Assembly (NCBI GenBank): GCA_951406725.2
Contig: OX597819.1
Location: 62,372,001 to 62,436,000 of the forward strand
Direction: 5' to 3'
DNA from: Octopus vulgaris
Taxonomy: Eukaryota
DNA: 64,000 nucleotides
The notes beneath the pieces were generated by a model that was not told the origin of the DNA, ran no database searches, and was given only the letters and a program-made list of their open reading frames with translations. The translations under genes were made by a program, and so were the position numbers. Each line of letters begins with the position of its first letter. Within the stretch, counting starts at the first letter, position 1. Below are positions 16,114 to 31,439 of the stretch, piece by piece.

Positions 16114-16256
16114 CTTTATTTAAAACCAGCAAAAATGTAACAAAAGCTATTACTCGGAGTTTCACGTTCACGTTCGTCGGACAAAACTGTCCAACGAACG
16201 GGAACGTGAAACTCCGAGTAACAGGTTTTGTTACATTTCTGCTGCTTTTAAATAAA

Positions 16257-16257
<1 letters not shown>
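16114..16257. repeat. ~144-bp imperfect palindrome containing two divergent hammerhead-like motifs
   Basis: Arms are reverse complements around about 16185. Confidence 0.8.
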
Positions 16258-16300
<43 letters not shown>

Positions 16301-16987
16301 GGATATCTATCTCTCCAAAACTCCCAAGGGAAAGAGTATAATTATGGAAAACTGCTTGAAACCTCCAGCTTCTGTATCTAGATTACAAATTCACGCTAAT
16401 GCGAATCATAGTTGCTGTGCGTGACTTTGGGAGTAAACATCTAAATGACAGTCCGGATAAACTGGGATTTTCAGAAAAAGCAATCAACCAGCTAACTTGC
16501 ACAGATATAATCTGTAAGCGGAACAGTGAAAATATACAAGGTTTTTCTCAAGTTCAAAATGTGAATTTGTCCTTGTTATATAATTTCAAACGATGGAGCT
16601 TTGTATCTTTGTTAGAAATCAACTCCTTCCTTTTGCAGAGACTTCAAATAATTAAAAATAGAAGAGAAGACACACACACACACACATACACACACACACT
16701 TACACATATATACATTTATACATACCTTACGTAAGTTTGTAAACATATGGATCATATACACGGGAGATGTGTAGTTAGATATATATGCCTTAAGCTATAA
16801 TCTAAACATAAAAATACGCATGCGTGTTTATACGAACTGATGTATGTTAATTACTAATGATGTACTTAAATGTGTTTGTAAGCAAATATCGGAATACGCA
16901 TCTCCTGTATACATCATCGGTAGGTGTACAAAATTTCGTATACGTATCAAATGTTATATATTTACCCTCAAATATATATACGTGTAC

Positions 16988-17060
<73 letters not shown>

Positions 17061-17804
17061 GAATGCCATCACAAACGTATGAAGACAAATCATACGAGGC
17101 TGCATGTAAATATTTATACACGGTAGTTCTGCGTCAATATGTCCACATACGCGTACTCAAAAGCGGTGGTGGGATACACAGACACACACGCTAATAGAAC
17201 GGGCTTCTTTTAGTTTCCGTCTACTAAATCCACTCTTAAAGTTATGGTCAGCCCGGGGCTTCAGACGAAGAATCTTGACCAAATATGTCTCACGGTCAGA
17301 CTGTCTCCGAACCTATACAAAAATAATAATAATAATAACAACAGCAACAACAACAACTGTAATATTGATTTCAGATTTTGGCACAACGCCAGCAAATTTG
17401 GGGGAGGGAGCTAGTCAATCATATCATCCCCAGTACTCAACTGTTACTTATTTTATCGACCCCCGTAAGGATGAAAGCAAAGTCGGCTTTGAACTCTGAA
17501 CCTGAAGACGGGCGAAATAATGCTATTTCGCCCGGCGTGCTAACGATTTTCCAAAAACAACAACAACAAAAAAATGATAATCCTATTGGCACAAAGATGA
17601 AATTTTTTGGGGAAAGGGACTAGTCGATTACATCGACCCCAGTACTCCACTGGTACTTAATTTATCGAACCCGAGAGGAATGAAAGGCAAAGTCGTCTCA
17701 GCGGAATTTGAACTCAGAACGTAGCAGCAGACGAAATACTTAATTCTTTACTACCCACAAGGGGCTAAACACAGAGAGGACAAACAAGGACAGACAAACG
17801 GATC

Positions 17805-18244
17805 TGCTCAATACCACAGATTTTCTTGTCAGTTGTTTGACCTTAACCAGTTGAGCATGTCCCTTAGTGGATGACGATATGTGCATCTCTGATCACGAGC
17901 AGAAATAGTGGGGGAGCATCATAGCCGTGTGTTGAGAGGGATTCTTTGGAGTTTGAATAATTCACCTCTGGAAACATGGGTATTTCTTTCAACATCCTTA
18001 AACAACCCTTATTCAGGGACCTTTTGAGCGGGATGGGCTACTCAACCTGAAGAAAATTCTAACTGGGCCTCACCTGCAAGGTCATGTGCTGTTTATCTTG
18101 ATATGAGATCACCATGTCGCGCACATATGGTTGTGATGCATGTGCCTGGTGTACCCTTATCAGACGGGTAGTCATGATGGGTATATTGGGCTTCGTTTAT
18201 TTTACCCCAGTGTCACTTTGATGGCATGAACTGCTCTCTCACTC

Positions 18245-18325
<81 letters not shown>
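17805..18325 (+). repeat. Dispersed ~450-bp retro-repeat ending in (AAT)n
   Basis: Highly similar reverse-complement copy at about 5205-5700. Both end in an (AAT)n tail. Confidence 0.75.
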
Positions 18326-18328
<3 letters not shown>

Positions 18329-19046
18329 CTTTTCTACTCGAGGCACAAGGGCTGAAAATTTTTTTGGGGGAGAGGGACAGTCGATTAGATTGACCCCAGT
18401 ACGCAACTGGTACTTAATTTATCGACGCAAGCTCGCAGCCTTAGAAACTCTAAACAATTATGAACGAAAGCGTGGGACAACGTCTTAGATTAAGTATTTT
18501 GCTGCAGTTGTTTAACACAATGTCAGAACACACCAAAAAGTTTTAAGGTCAGAGGCGTCCTCACTGTGGCCATGTCGCCTTTTCCTGAGGCTGCATTATC
18601 CACTGTCTCCCCCTTCTTTTCTTTTCAAAATGATACGGACAAAGCCGAGCTGAGATTTGGCTGCTAGCAGAATCAACACACAGAGGCTCCGCTGATGGCT
18701 CGCTTTAGTCAGAGAGGCAACCAGGTTAAACGGAGACTGTTCACGATCAGGAAGAAGCGTATGGGGGTAACCAGTTGAGCTGGTTAATGATTTGCTTGCT
18801 TCTCAGAGAAAGCTGTATGCCTTGGTGTCATTCATAGAACAATAAATAAACTTATTTACAATTTACACGCTCACTCTCATAGTGTTTTAGCAACTACACA
18901 CACACTTACAAAACCACTTACACACACAAACACACACATATATGTGTATATATATGTACTTGTATATATATATATGTATATAGGTACATATATGTATATC
19001 TCTCTGTCTATATATATACATATGTATATAATATATATGTATATAG

Positions 19047-19081
<35 letters not shown>

Positions 19082-19153
19082 AAATATATATATATACATA
19101 TGTATATATATGTATGTATATATATATACGTATGCATATATACATATATATAC

Positions 19154-19203
<50 letters not shown>

Positions 19204-19366
19204 GTATCTATATATATATATATACATATGTTTAAATATGCATGTATATATATTTCCGTATATATACATATATATGTACATATGTATATATATATACTTA
19301 TGTATATATATATATATATCTATATATATGTATATATACATGTTTATATATACATGTATGCACACA

Positions 19367-19421
<55 letters not shown>

Positions 19422-19610
19422 GCATACAGGCGAATATAGGCATAAACTAACATCTCCGTATCTCAATGGCTATATATAGACGCATATGCAAATGTATATA
19501 ATCACTCTTCCACTCACATACACACACACACACACACGCAACTGCACACACGGATATCTATACATACAGGCTTATGTCTACGTAGTATCCCACTACAAAT
19601 AAAGATTTTG

Positions 19611-19661
<51 letters not shown>

Positions 19662-20399
19662 CATACGTGTGTGTGTGTGTGTGTGTGTATGTAGGTACGT
19701 GTGTTCACAGGCATATGCGTATATGTAGACGCACGCGTGAACACTTTAGCGACTATATACACCAACACAAACTCATATAGAGAAACTGCAGACAGACATG
19801 TGTGTAGTTCATCAAAGGAACGCCGGGAGGTGGTTTTTATCTTGGAGAATTTGGTAATTAGGTAAATTCGGTGCTGTTTCTTACCTTAGAGTTTCAACGA
19901 TCTCCCCTACCGCCATCCGCTGCCGTCAGCTCATAAAAGTATGGACGCATAATTACATACACATGTACACACGCACATATAAACGCGCACACAAAGACGC
20001 ACCAATACACACACTCGCGAAAAACACACACATACAGACCCCTCGCAAAGGCATACACACATACAGAGAAATAAACACACACACACACACGCACGCACAC
20101 AAACATATATAGACACACACACACACTGATATATATATACATATACATATATATATATATATATATATAAATTTTATATATATATAGACACAGACATATA
20201 TATATACACAATGCTCGCTGATATATACATATATACACACACAATGATATACACATGTACCCCAGATTTGATAATATATTACGCCTTAGCACAAGGCGCA
20301 AACAGGTGCAACAAGGTAATGTCGATTGTATTCATTAACCCTAGTGTATAACTGGTATTTAAAAAAAAAAAGCTTTTGAAGCGTGTCTACACATATTCT

Positions 20400-21105
20400 T
20401 GCATCCTTTTACCGTTTCAGCTTCTTGGCTGTCACCACGCTGGGGCATCGCCACGACGTCTCTTTCAGCCTTGTATTTATTTTGGATGAAAGAGGGAGTA
20501 GGATGTTGTTGCTTGCAACGTTCTCTCCTGCTGCAATGAAGGTTCGTACACAGCAGAATGTTCAAATATATTTTTGGAAATGTTGACATCCCTACCCATA
20601 CCTTCTGAAACGAAAACCAAGATACTGTAACAACCTTTTAACCGAAATTCTTGCAGTACCTTATTTTCATTCGCGACGAAAATTTTGGAAGAACGAAATG
20701 GCTGCCTCTCCGGAGGATTTGTATGGTTTTGGATACCAGCCTTTGACATTAGCCTCTCCAGCGATTTCCAAATATAGACGATCTCACAGCGTTTCCCTTC
20801 TTTATTCCTAGGAACATAACTTCAAAGCTTTCAGTCTCTCTTATTAGCTCATCATTTTTCCTTTTTCTGTTTTAATAGGTCTTCTGGAGATTTTCCAGCT
20901 CAGCAGTGAACTTGGCAGGATGTGGTGAACATAGTTGGAGCAAAAGTCTGGGTGACTGAGAACGAATATCTTCCAGTATGACCTCCTGTGTTCTTGTTCT
21001 GAATGTTCTCAGGATCTTCAACGTCAGTCTTCTACATGTATTTGCCATTTTCGCATTATGCTCATCGAATGATGTACCTTTGCTAATTACAATTTCTTCT
21101 GACAT
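20400..21105 (-). mobile_element. Degraded LINE 3' portion, same group
   Basis: ILRTFRTR motif, and a tail matching GGCG-TGCCCCAGCGTGGTGACAGC on the minus strand. Confidence 0.55.
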
Positions 21106-22531
21106 TGTATATCATTTTGTTACGAGTCGGAACTCCGATAGTAAAATGAATCTTTCGAACATTTTCATGATCTTTCCTTTTTTAGATCAACTCTACATGC
21201 CACTGTGTTTGTGTATATATATATTTTTATGCATACATGCATGCATGCATGTATGTATGTATGTATGTATGTATGTATGTATGTATGTATATGTATGTAT
21301 GTATGTATGTATGTTATTATTCACTTTATTTTAAGATTTCTTGCTAATAGAAAATGAATCAGTTTCTAACCTAGATCCAAGGCTCCTCTAACCTAGATCC
21401 AAGGCTTCAACATCAACAACAGAGTATTTTTGTTTGTATGTATGTGCAGATTTGTTTGTTTTATGTATGAATTCTCATGCATATAGTTGCATATCAAGAC
21501 ATACTCATATATATATTTAAATGATAAACTTCTGGAAAGTTCTACAGATTTTTACAGTTCCAGTGACGGATTGCATCTGTAGTCTTCGAATTAGCTTTCA
21601 TCTTTCTGGTTTTGAGAAAATCCTAATTTCTCAAGATTGGCATTTAGACAATGCGTTACATATTCCAGGACCCAAATAACTACAGGTGTAAACCTGAACT
21701 TTTAATCTGGATAATATGTATGTATGTTTGTATGAGTGTATATCAACAAACTATGATAGTTCAAATATGTTACATATTTCAACTTCTAAAAGAAGAGGTG
21801 TATTATTTCAGTGGCGCCCTCTTTTGGACCCCGTTATAATTTCTTTAGTTGCCCATCTACGGGCAAACACGAGATCTAGGTGGACACACAGTGTGCTGAA
21901 AATAGCCACCAAATTTCACACTACTATATTAAGAAGGGCACATTAGATAGTGAAATTTTAAATATTTTGAAAATAGAATAAAAAGCAAGATAGTCACGCT
22001 TGGAATGTCTTTGATTATAGGTCTGAACGATAGGAGACAAACAACAACAACAACAACTGCATCTTGAAGATGAGACCGAGGCGGACTATGTGTTTATGCA
22101 CTAAAAATATACTTCCACAGAAATCTAGAGCCCAATTCTTTAAAATATCATTTTTTTATTGTGACAAAGATCCTATTAAATTCCAGTATATTTATTTCGA
22201 TGCCTTTCGACTGTGTCCACATTGGGGCATCGCCTTGAAGAGTTTAATTGAACAGATCTGCCCCATTGATTAATTTCCTGTCGGTGGATTTTGGCCCTCG
22301 GCAAAATTACGGGGAAAAGAAACCAGTACCCGCTGGTAGGGAGACAAACCTTAATACAAGGGCAAACACACACAACATACACATATATACATATATAACA
22401 GGCAGCCATGCAGTTTCCGACAACGAAATTTATTCACAAGGTATTGGTCGACTCTGGTCTTAGGTGACGCACAGTGAGACTGAACCCAAAACCACTTGGT
22501 TGTAAAGCGAACTTCATAACTGCACATGCAA

Positions 22532-22646
<115 letters not shown>

Positions 22647-23713
22647 TAGCAGATTCTTTTGAAGTTACACGCACAAAATAATGAAATTAGTGTAGATATT
22701 TGCCCAGCAGGTTTCGCAGTGGCACCGAAACTGCGGCTACGTGGATGGCAAGCGAACTTCTTAACAATTCACACTTATGTATGCATGTATGTATATATGT
22801 ATGCATGCATGTATGTATGTATGTATGTATGTATGTATGTATGTATGTATGTATGTATGTATGTATGTACGTATGTATGTAACTCTCTATCAACAATTGT
22901 ACATTTGAATTATTTATGAACCTCACTACTTATTCTCTCGCCATTAAACAATAGGATCTTTGTCATAATAAAAAAAGAATTCACTAGCAAATGAACCGAA
23001 AAGCAATAAAACACCAAAAACCAATATTGGTTTCATATTTTAGCACAAAGCCAGCAATTTTAGGGGAGGTGTAAGCCGATTACATCAACCTCAGCACATG
23101 ACTGGTACTTATTTTATCGTTCCCGAAACATGAAAGGCAAAGTCAACCTCGACAAAATTTGAACTTAGAACATAAAGACGGACGAAATGCTGCTAAGCAT
23201 TTTCTCCGGTATGCTAATTATTCTGCCAGTTAGCTACCCTACGAACATATCTGCCATAATGTAGATTTGAACCAACTGCTCCGATATTAAATAGGCGATA
23301 CCAAATTATGTCCCTAAAATAATTTCTCTGTAGGATGGTAAGCGGTAAACATCATTTTAATTCCGCTGGCTCGGGTTACCCCAAAAACAAGCCACTTCCT
23401 CAAAGAGGAAGTGACTGTAATTTTAGAGTTGGAGGAGGAGAGATAGAGAGGGAGAGAAAAGATAGAGAGATAGAAAGACAGATAGTTAGAAAAAGAGAGA
23501 GAGAGAGAAGGGGAGAGTAAAGTAGAGAGAAAGAGAGAGAGAGAACGAGAACGAGTGAGACATCGTCATCCATATCACTTGTTTTTTCGTCATGGCTCTT
23601 ATGCAATTGGTTACCTTCCGGTAGTTAAGCAATGTATGTATGCGTGTGTGTGTGTAGATATGTATACGCACATATGTATAAAATATACATATACATATAT
23701 ACATATACTCATA

Positions 23714-23763
<50 letters not shown>

Positions 23764-24174
23764 CACTTGTTTCAGTCATTTGACTGTGGCCTTGCTGGAG
23801 CATCACCTTCAAGGTCGAAGGAACCGAACGCAGGGCTTATTCTTTCAAAGCTTAGTACTTATTCTATCGGTCTCTTTTGCCGAACCGCTAGGTTAAGGGG
23901 ACGTAAACACACCAACATCGGTTGTCAAATAATTATGTAACAAAATAAATACATTAAAAAAATATACAACAAATAATAAATAATAAATAAACCGCTATAA
24001 TTGTATAATTTCCATTGGCTTGCTGGTAGATATTCGTAAATATTCATGTCTACGTGTTCATCGAATCATATTTAATCAATAGAGTTCTATAGTTAAGAGA
24101 TGAGGAATTATGTACATTATTTACAGCCCACGGGCATATGGCATATTCATATTGTATACAATATTCATATTTTA

Positions 24175-24256
24175 TATCTCTGAAGAGCAGAAGTGTTGTC
24201 TACAAATATAGGATTTTATTATAGGGACAAGTCTTCTGCGAAACGATCGTAAGATG
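24175..24256 (+). ncRNA. Type-I hammerhead ribozyme motif, canonical core, long helix II
   Basis: UAUCU-CUGAAGA-GCAGAAG...CUUCUGC-GAAA-CGAUCG-UA^AGAUG. Confidence 0.75.
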
Positions 24257-24276
24257 CTTAAAAAATTAATTCAAAA

Positions 24277-24319
<43 letters not shown>

Positions 24320-24964
24320 TTATTTATCTATATATTTTTTTAATACAATAAGGTCTTTCACACGGGAATATCTTTATGATGAGTTCAATATTGATTTCCT
24401 TATATTAATAATAATATATTATAATAAAAAAATATATGTATATATCGCTCGTATTAAATATATTAGATATATAAATACATTAATAATATTAATATTTTTA
24501 TACAATGGAGCACTCAATATAAATTCAGTATATAATATTCTTATTGAATATATTTACCTAAAGATTTATATATATATTATCCGTTTCTAGGTTTTTCATT
24601 TTTCAGATGTTCTTCCTAGAGGTAAGACAAATTTTTTTCATGTTTATTGTGCACACATGTCTTTGCTAGTATATACGCAGTGAAGCTATACAATAGCGTC
24701 GTATTTATTACGATCGCTATTTTCCAGTAAATATCGGTACCTCGTTGTACCATTTATTTACTTTTATATGTATATTTATATATATTTATATATGTACAAG
24801 CAGAGATACCCGGCATTGTTCGAGATTAAAATGGCAGAGATTTATGTTGAAACAGGTGACACGGGAAAGTGCAACATTGGCAACAAAACATTTGTGGAGT
24901 AAATGATGAGCTAATTTGACTAAGCGACATGTCATGCTTCTGCTTGGAGTCTCTCTCTCTCTCT

Positions 24965-25017
<53 letters not shown>

Positions 25018-25249
25018 AGTAGGTGAATGAATTATCCTACTATGGATAATTCGGTTAACCGATACCCGGGTAGCAAATTCACGTCAGAAAACACGGTTGA
25101 AGCTACATGCCAAGGGCAGAAATCACGTGTTCTCGTGTTGAAATTTGAGTGTGTTTTTTTTAACTATAAGCAAATGAGAGAATGGAATTAAGAATATGCA
25201 GTCTTCGAAACATATGTCGAGAATAAAGGAATTTTGTTAAAATCGTCGT

Positions 25250-25326
<77 letters not shown>

Positions 25327-25393
25327 TATATATATATGCCTATATACATATATATATATATATATTGAATATATATATATATATGTTCTCTCA

Positions 25394-25459
<66 letters not shown>

Positions 25460-25528
25460 GTGTATATATATGTATATATATGTATATATATACACATATA
25501 CACATATGTATATGTATGTATATACACA

Positions 25529-25628
<100 letters not shown>

Positions 25629-25889
25629 TATACACACACACACATACTGGCTTGGGAACGAAATTAGTGGTGCAAACCCGGGTCCAAAATGCTTTACAAG
25701 CAAGGTCTTTCTGTTTTTCTTTTATATTTAATTTTCTTTGTTCTTTGAGAAGAATCATAACTTCCAACTACTTTTATACGCAGTTTTCTAAACCTGAGAA
25801 AAATGAATATGGCTGCAAATTTTCATTTTGCATCCTACAAAAAGTTTAGGAGGTGCGCTTCCTCGCCCACCGCTTGTTCCTGGGCTCAT

Positions 25890-25949
<60 letters not shown>

Positions 25950-27140
25950 AAAATATTTACTATATATAACGAAGATACTAACAAAACTATCAATCGGCGA
26001 GGAAAACATATCAGTCATTAATTACAATTATTTCCGATTTTCCGATAAACACATGTAATGTATCTCTTATATTCCTACCTCACACGCATGGTCATATATT
26101 TGCTGGCGTAGGAAATCGCTATTTTCAGAAGTAGAAGGTGCAGTATAACGTTTCCTACATTCATCATTCTTGAGAAACTTTCCAATAGCTAACAGATGGT
26201 GAGCACCAGCCCAAAGTATAATGGTAACAGAAGAAAGGATAGGACGTTAGTTATAAGATACCTTTTTCACGCACCTAACTTTACAAGCGCCATACCAATG
26301 GTAATGTAAAATAAGCGGTCTTTCTGTCGCAAACTGTAAAATAATCCAGCGATATGGACGATAAGGGGTAAGCAACATAATGTTTAAACATAATAAAAAA
26401 GCGTAAAGCAAATATGAAGCGAAAAAATTAGTGGTTAGCCCATATAACTAGCATTATTTTCAGTATTGTGGAGGCAAATGGCCTTGTGGTTAGAGCAGCG
26501 GATTCGAGGTCGAGGGATCGCGGGTTCAGATCTCAGACCGGGCGATGTGTGTACTTATGAGCGAAACACCTAAGCTCCATGCGGCTCCGGCAGAAGGTAA
26601 CGGCGAACTTCTACTGACTCTTTCGTTACAACTTTCTCTCACTCTTTCCTCGTGCATCTTGCAGCTCACCTACGTCCCGTCCAGGTGGGGAACCTATACG
26701 CCAAGGAAACCGGGAAAACGGCCCTATGAGCCAGGCGTGGCTCGAGAAGGAACGAATATTTTCAGTTTTACGTTCTGAGTTCAAATTCTGCCTTGGTCGA
26801 CTTTGTCTTTCATCCTTTCGGGGTCGATGAAATAGGTACCATTTACGCAATGGAGATCGATGTAATCGACTTATGCCCACCCTCAAAATTTCAGGCCTTG
26901 TGCCTTTAGTAAAAAGGATTATTATTAGTTTTCAAGCTATTTATACGTTAGTAAAAGAATATATCGTCTGATACGATAGACTTATGGCTGTGTGTTAAAG
27001 AGGTTTGCCTCCCAACCACATGGTTCTAGGTTCAGTACTCCTGTGGGGTACCTGGGGCAAGTGTCATCTAAAATAGCCTCGGGCTGACGAAAACCTTATG
27101 AATAGCTTTGGGAGACGGATACTGAAAGAAGACTGTTGTA

Positions 27141-27231
<91 letters not shown>

Positions 27232-27232
27232 A

Positions 27233-27333
<101 letters not shown>

Positions 27334-28086
27334 GTCTGTCTATCTGTCTGTCTATCTATGTGTCTACCTGCCTATTTGCCTGTCTGCTTGTCTGTCTGTT
27401 TGTCTGTGAGTGCGTGTGAATCTATTTCTGTGTTTGTCTCGCTCCACCGCCTGACATCCAGTGTTGGTGTGTTTACGTCCCCGTAACGTAGAGGTTGTAT
27501 AAAAGTGACCGATAGAACAAGTACCGGGTTTAGAAAGAAAATAACTATATGGGTTGATTCTTTCGACTGAAGTTCTCCGATATGGTGCTCCAGCATGGTC
27601 GCAGTCTAATGAATGAAACGAGTAAAAGAAAGCTAAAATTCCTTAATAAAATTTCTTGATGGATGTGTGGTTAAGAAGTTCACTTTGTAACCACGTGGTT
27701 TTGGGTTCAGTACCTACTGTGCTGCAGCATGGGCAGGTGTTATTACTATAACCTCGGGCTGACCGACCAATACCGTCTGAACACGTTTTGAAGGTGGAAA
27801 CTGTACGGAACCCCGTCATATTCTTTTACATGTTTCAGTCGGCCATGCTGGAGCACGGTCTTAAAGGGTTTAGTCGAAGAAATCGTTCCCATATCCTTCC
27901 TCTTGCTATATATAAATTCCAGGCGCAGAAGTGGTTGTGTTGTAAGAAGCTTGCTTCCCAGCCACATGGTTCCGGGTTCAGTCCCACTGCATGGAACCTT
28001 GGGCAAGTGTCTTCTACTGTAGCCTCGGGCCGACCAAAACCTTGAGAGTGGATTTGGTTGAGCGAAATTAAAAGGACCCTGTCATG

Positions 28087-28144
<58 letters not shown>

Positions 28145-28669
28145 TATATACATATATATATATATGTATGTATGTATGTATTTGTGTGTCTGTGTTTGTT
28201 CCCCCAACCATCGCTTGACAACCGATGTTGGTCTTTTTACGTCCCCGTAACTTAGCGGTTGAGCAAAAGAGACCGATAGAATAAGTACCAGGTTTATAAT
28301 GTATAAGTAATTGAGGTTGATTTGTTCAGCTAAATTTCTTAAAGCCGTTGCTTCTGCATGGCCAGAGTCAAGTAAGTGTAAGGAGTAAAAGATCAAAAGA
28401 TAGAATACCCCATATGGCATAAAAAATAAAACAATTGAAATACATGGCACAATATTTCAAGTTTAACATTAATAAGAATGGTAAAGCCGAATGTAACTGC
28501 ACAAGGCCGAAATTGCAGGGAGTCGCTATTAAATCATTATTGTTCTGCTTAGCAGTTAGAACGTCAACATTGTTTAGAGTAAGACTAGCAGAGTTTTCTG
28601 ATATGAATTTAATTGGTTCGTGTTGCATACGGTTGTAATTTTCCTCGCAGACAGACTCACGTTCACATA

Positions 28670-30000
<1,331 letters not shown>

Positions 30001-30499
30001 TACGTGCGTCTGCGTTTACACACATGTGCCAAAATTGATGCCGGTGTAGAACTGAAGATTCCGACGTGTATTTATGTAGCAACTGTTTTGTGATTTAGGC
30101 ACAACGCCAGGGTCTTTTGGTGAGAAGGGAGATAGACGATTCCATCGACATAAGCATTTAAATGGTACTTTTATTTTGTTGATTTCGGAAGGATGGAAAA
30201 GAAAAGTTGATCTATATTAACGATCCGGAAGAATTACCGCAAAAAGTGAGGGAAGTAGTGAGTGAGAAATTTACGAGGATTTCATGGAAGGTACGGCAGT
30301 TGTGAGACTTGCCGTGGATTGGGCTTCATCTTAGATTCCGAGGATTTCCTGGAAAGTTCCGAGTTTGGGACTTCCTGGAAAATTCCTAGGACTTGCTCGA
30401 AAGTTCCGAGGCAAGGAAATGAAAATCGAAATTGCTGACGTGGCCGATGATAGTACCACCTGATTGGCACGCATGCCGTGGAACGTTTAAAGCACATCT

Positions 30500-31010
30500 G
30501 AATTCGGCCCATTTATGGGTACCCCTCATTCATTGGACAATGAATTTTGCTTGCGAAGACCTATTGAGGCAAGTGTAAACAAATCTAAATCGCTGATGTT
30601 GCCGATGACATTACTGCCTAATTGGCACTCATGCCAGTGGAATGGTAAAAGCACATCCAAGCGTGATCATTGCCATGGCCATGGATTCGCTCCCATGCCG
30701 GTAACACGCGAAAAGTACCATTCGAGTATGGTCATTGCCAGCATCGCTTTACTGACACATGTTCTAGTGGCACGTAAAAACACCTTTTGAGCTTGGTTGT
30801 TGCCAGAACCACCTGACTGGCCCACGTACCGGTGACAGGTAAAAACACCCACTACACTCTCAGAGTGATCGGCATTAGGAAGGGCATCCAGCTGTAGAAA
30901 CTTTGTCTGATCAGACTGAACCTGGTGCAGCCTCCGGTTCACCAGTTCTCAGTCAAACAGTCCAACCCGTGCCAGCATTGAAAGCGGACATAAGACGATG
31001 ATGATGATGG
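30500..31010 (+). mobile_element. SINE/LINE remnant with RTE-type tail
   Basis: GGCATTAGGAAGGGCATCCAGCTGTAGAAAC...GCGGACATAAGACGATGATGATG tail. Confidence 0.5.
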
Positions 31011-31439
31011 TGGTTATATATATATATCCATATATATTTATGCACGATAGGCTTCTTTCAGTTTCTTATTTCTTTACTGTCCACAAGGGGCTACACTCAG
31101 AGTGGACAAATAAGGATAGACAAATGATTAAGTCAATTATATCGACCCCAGTGCGTAACTGGTACTTATTCAATTGACCCCGAAGGGATGATAGGCAAAG
31201 TCGACCTCGGTGAAATTTGAACTCAGAATGTAGCGGGTAGAAGAAACACTGCTAAGCATTTCGCCCGGCGTGCTAACGATTCTGCCAGCTCGCCTGCTTT
31301 TTTCAGTTTCTGTTTATCAAATCCTACCACAAGGTTTTAGTCAGCCTGGCCCAAGGTGTCATGCAGTGGGACTGAATCAGGAACCATGTGGTTGGGAAGC
31401 AAGCTTCTTACCACATAGCCATGTTTGTGCCTATTCTTA

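Noticed and set aside
19885-19916. Minus-strand ATG (MAVGEIVETL) followed by a strong AAG|GTAAG donor
   Set aside because: Phase 2 does not match the next exon, and there is no supporting promoter or homology.
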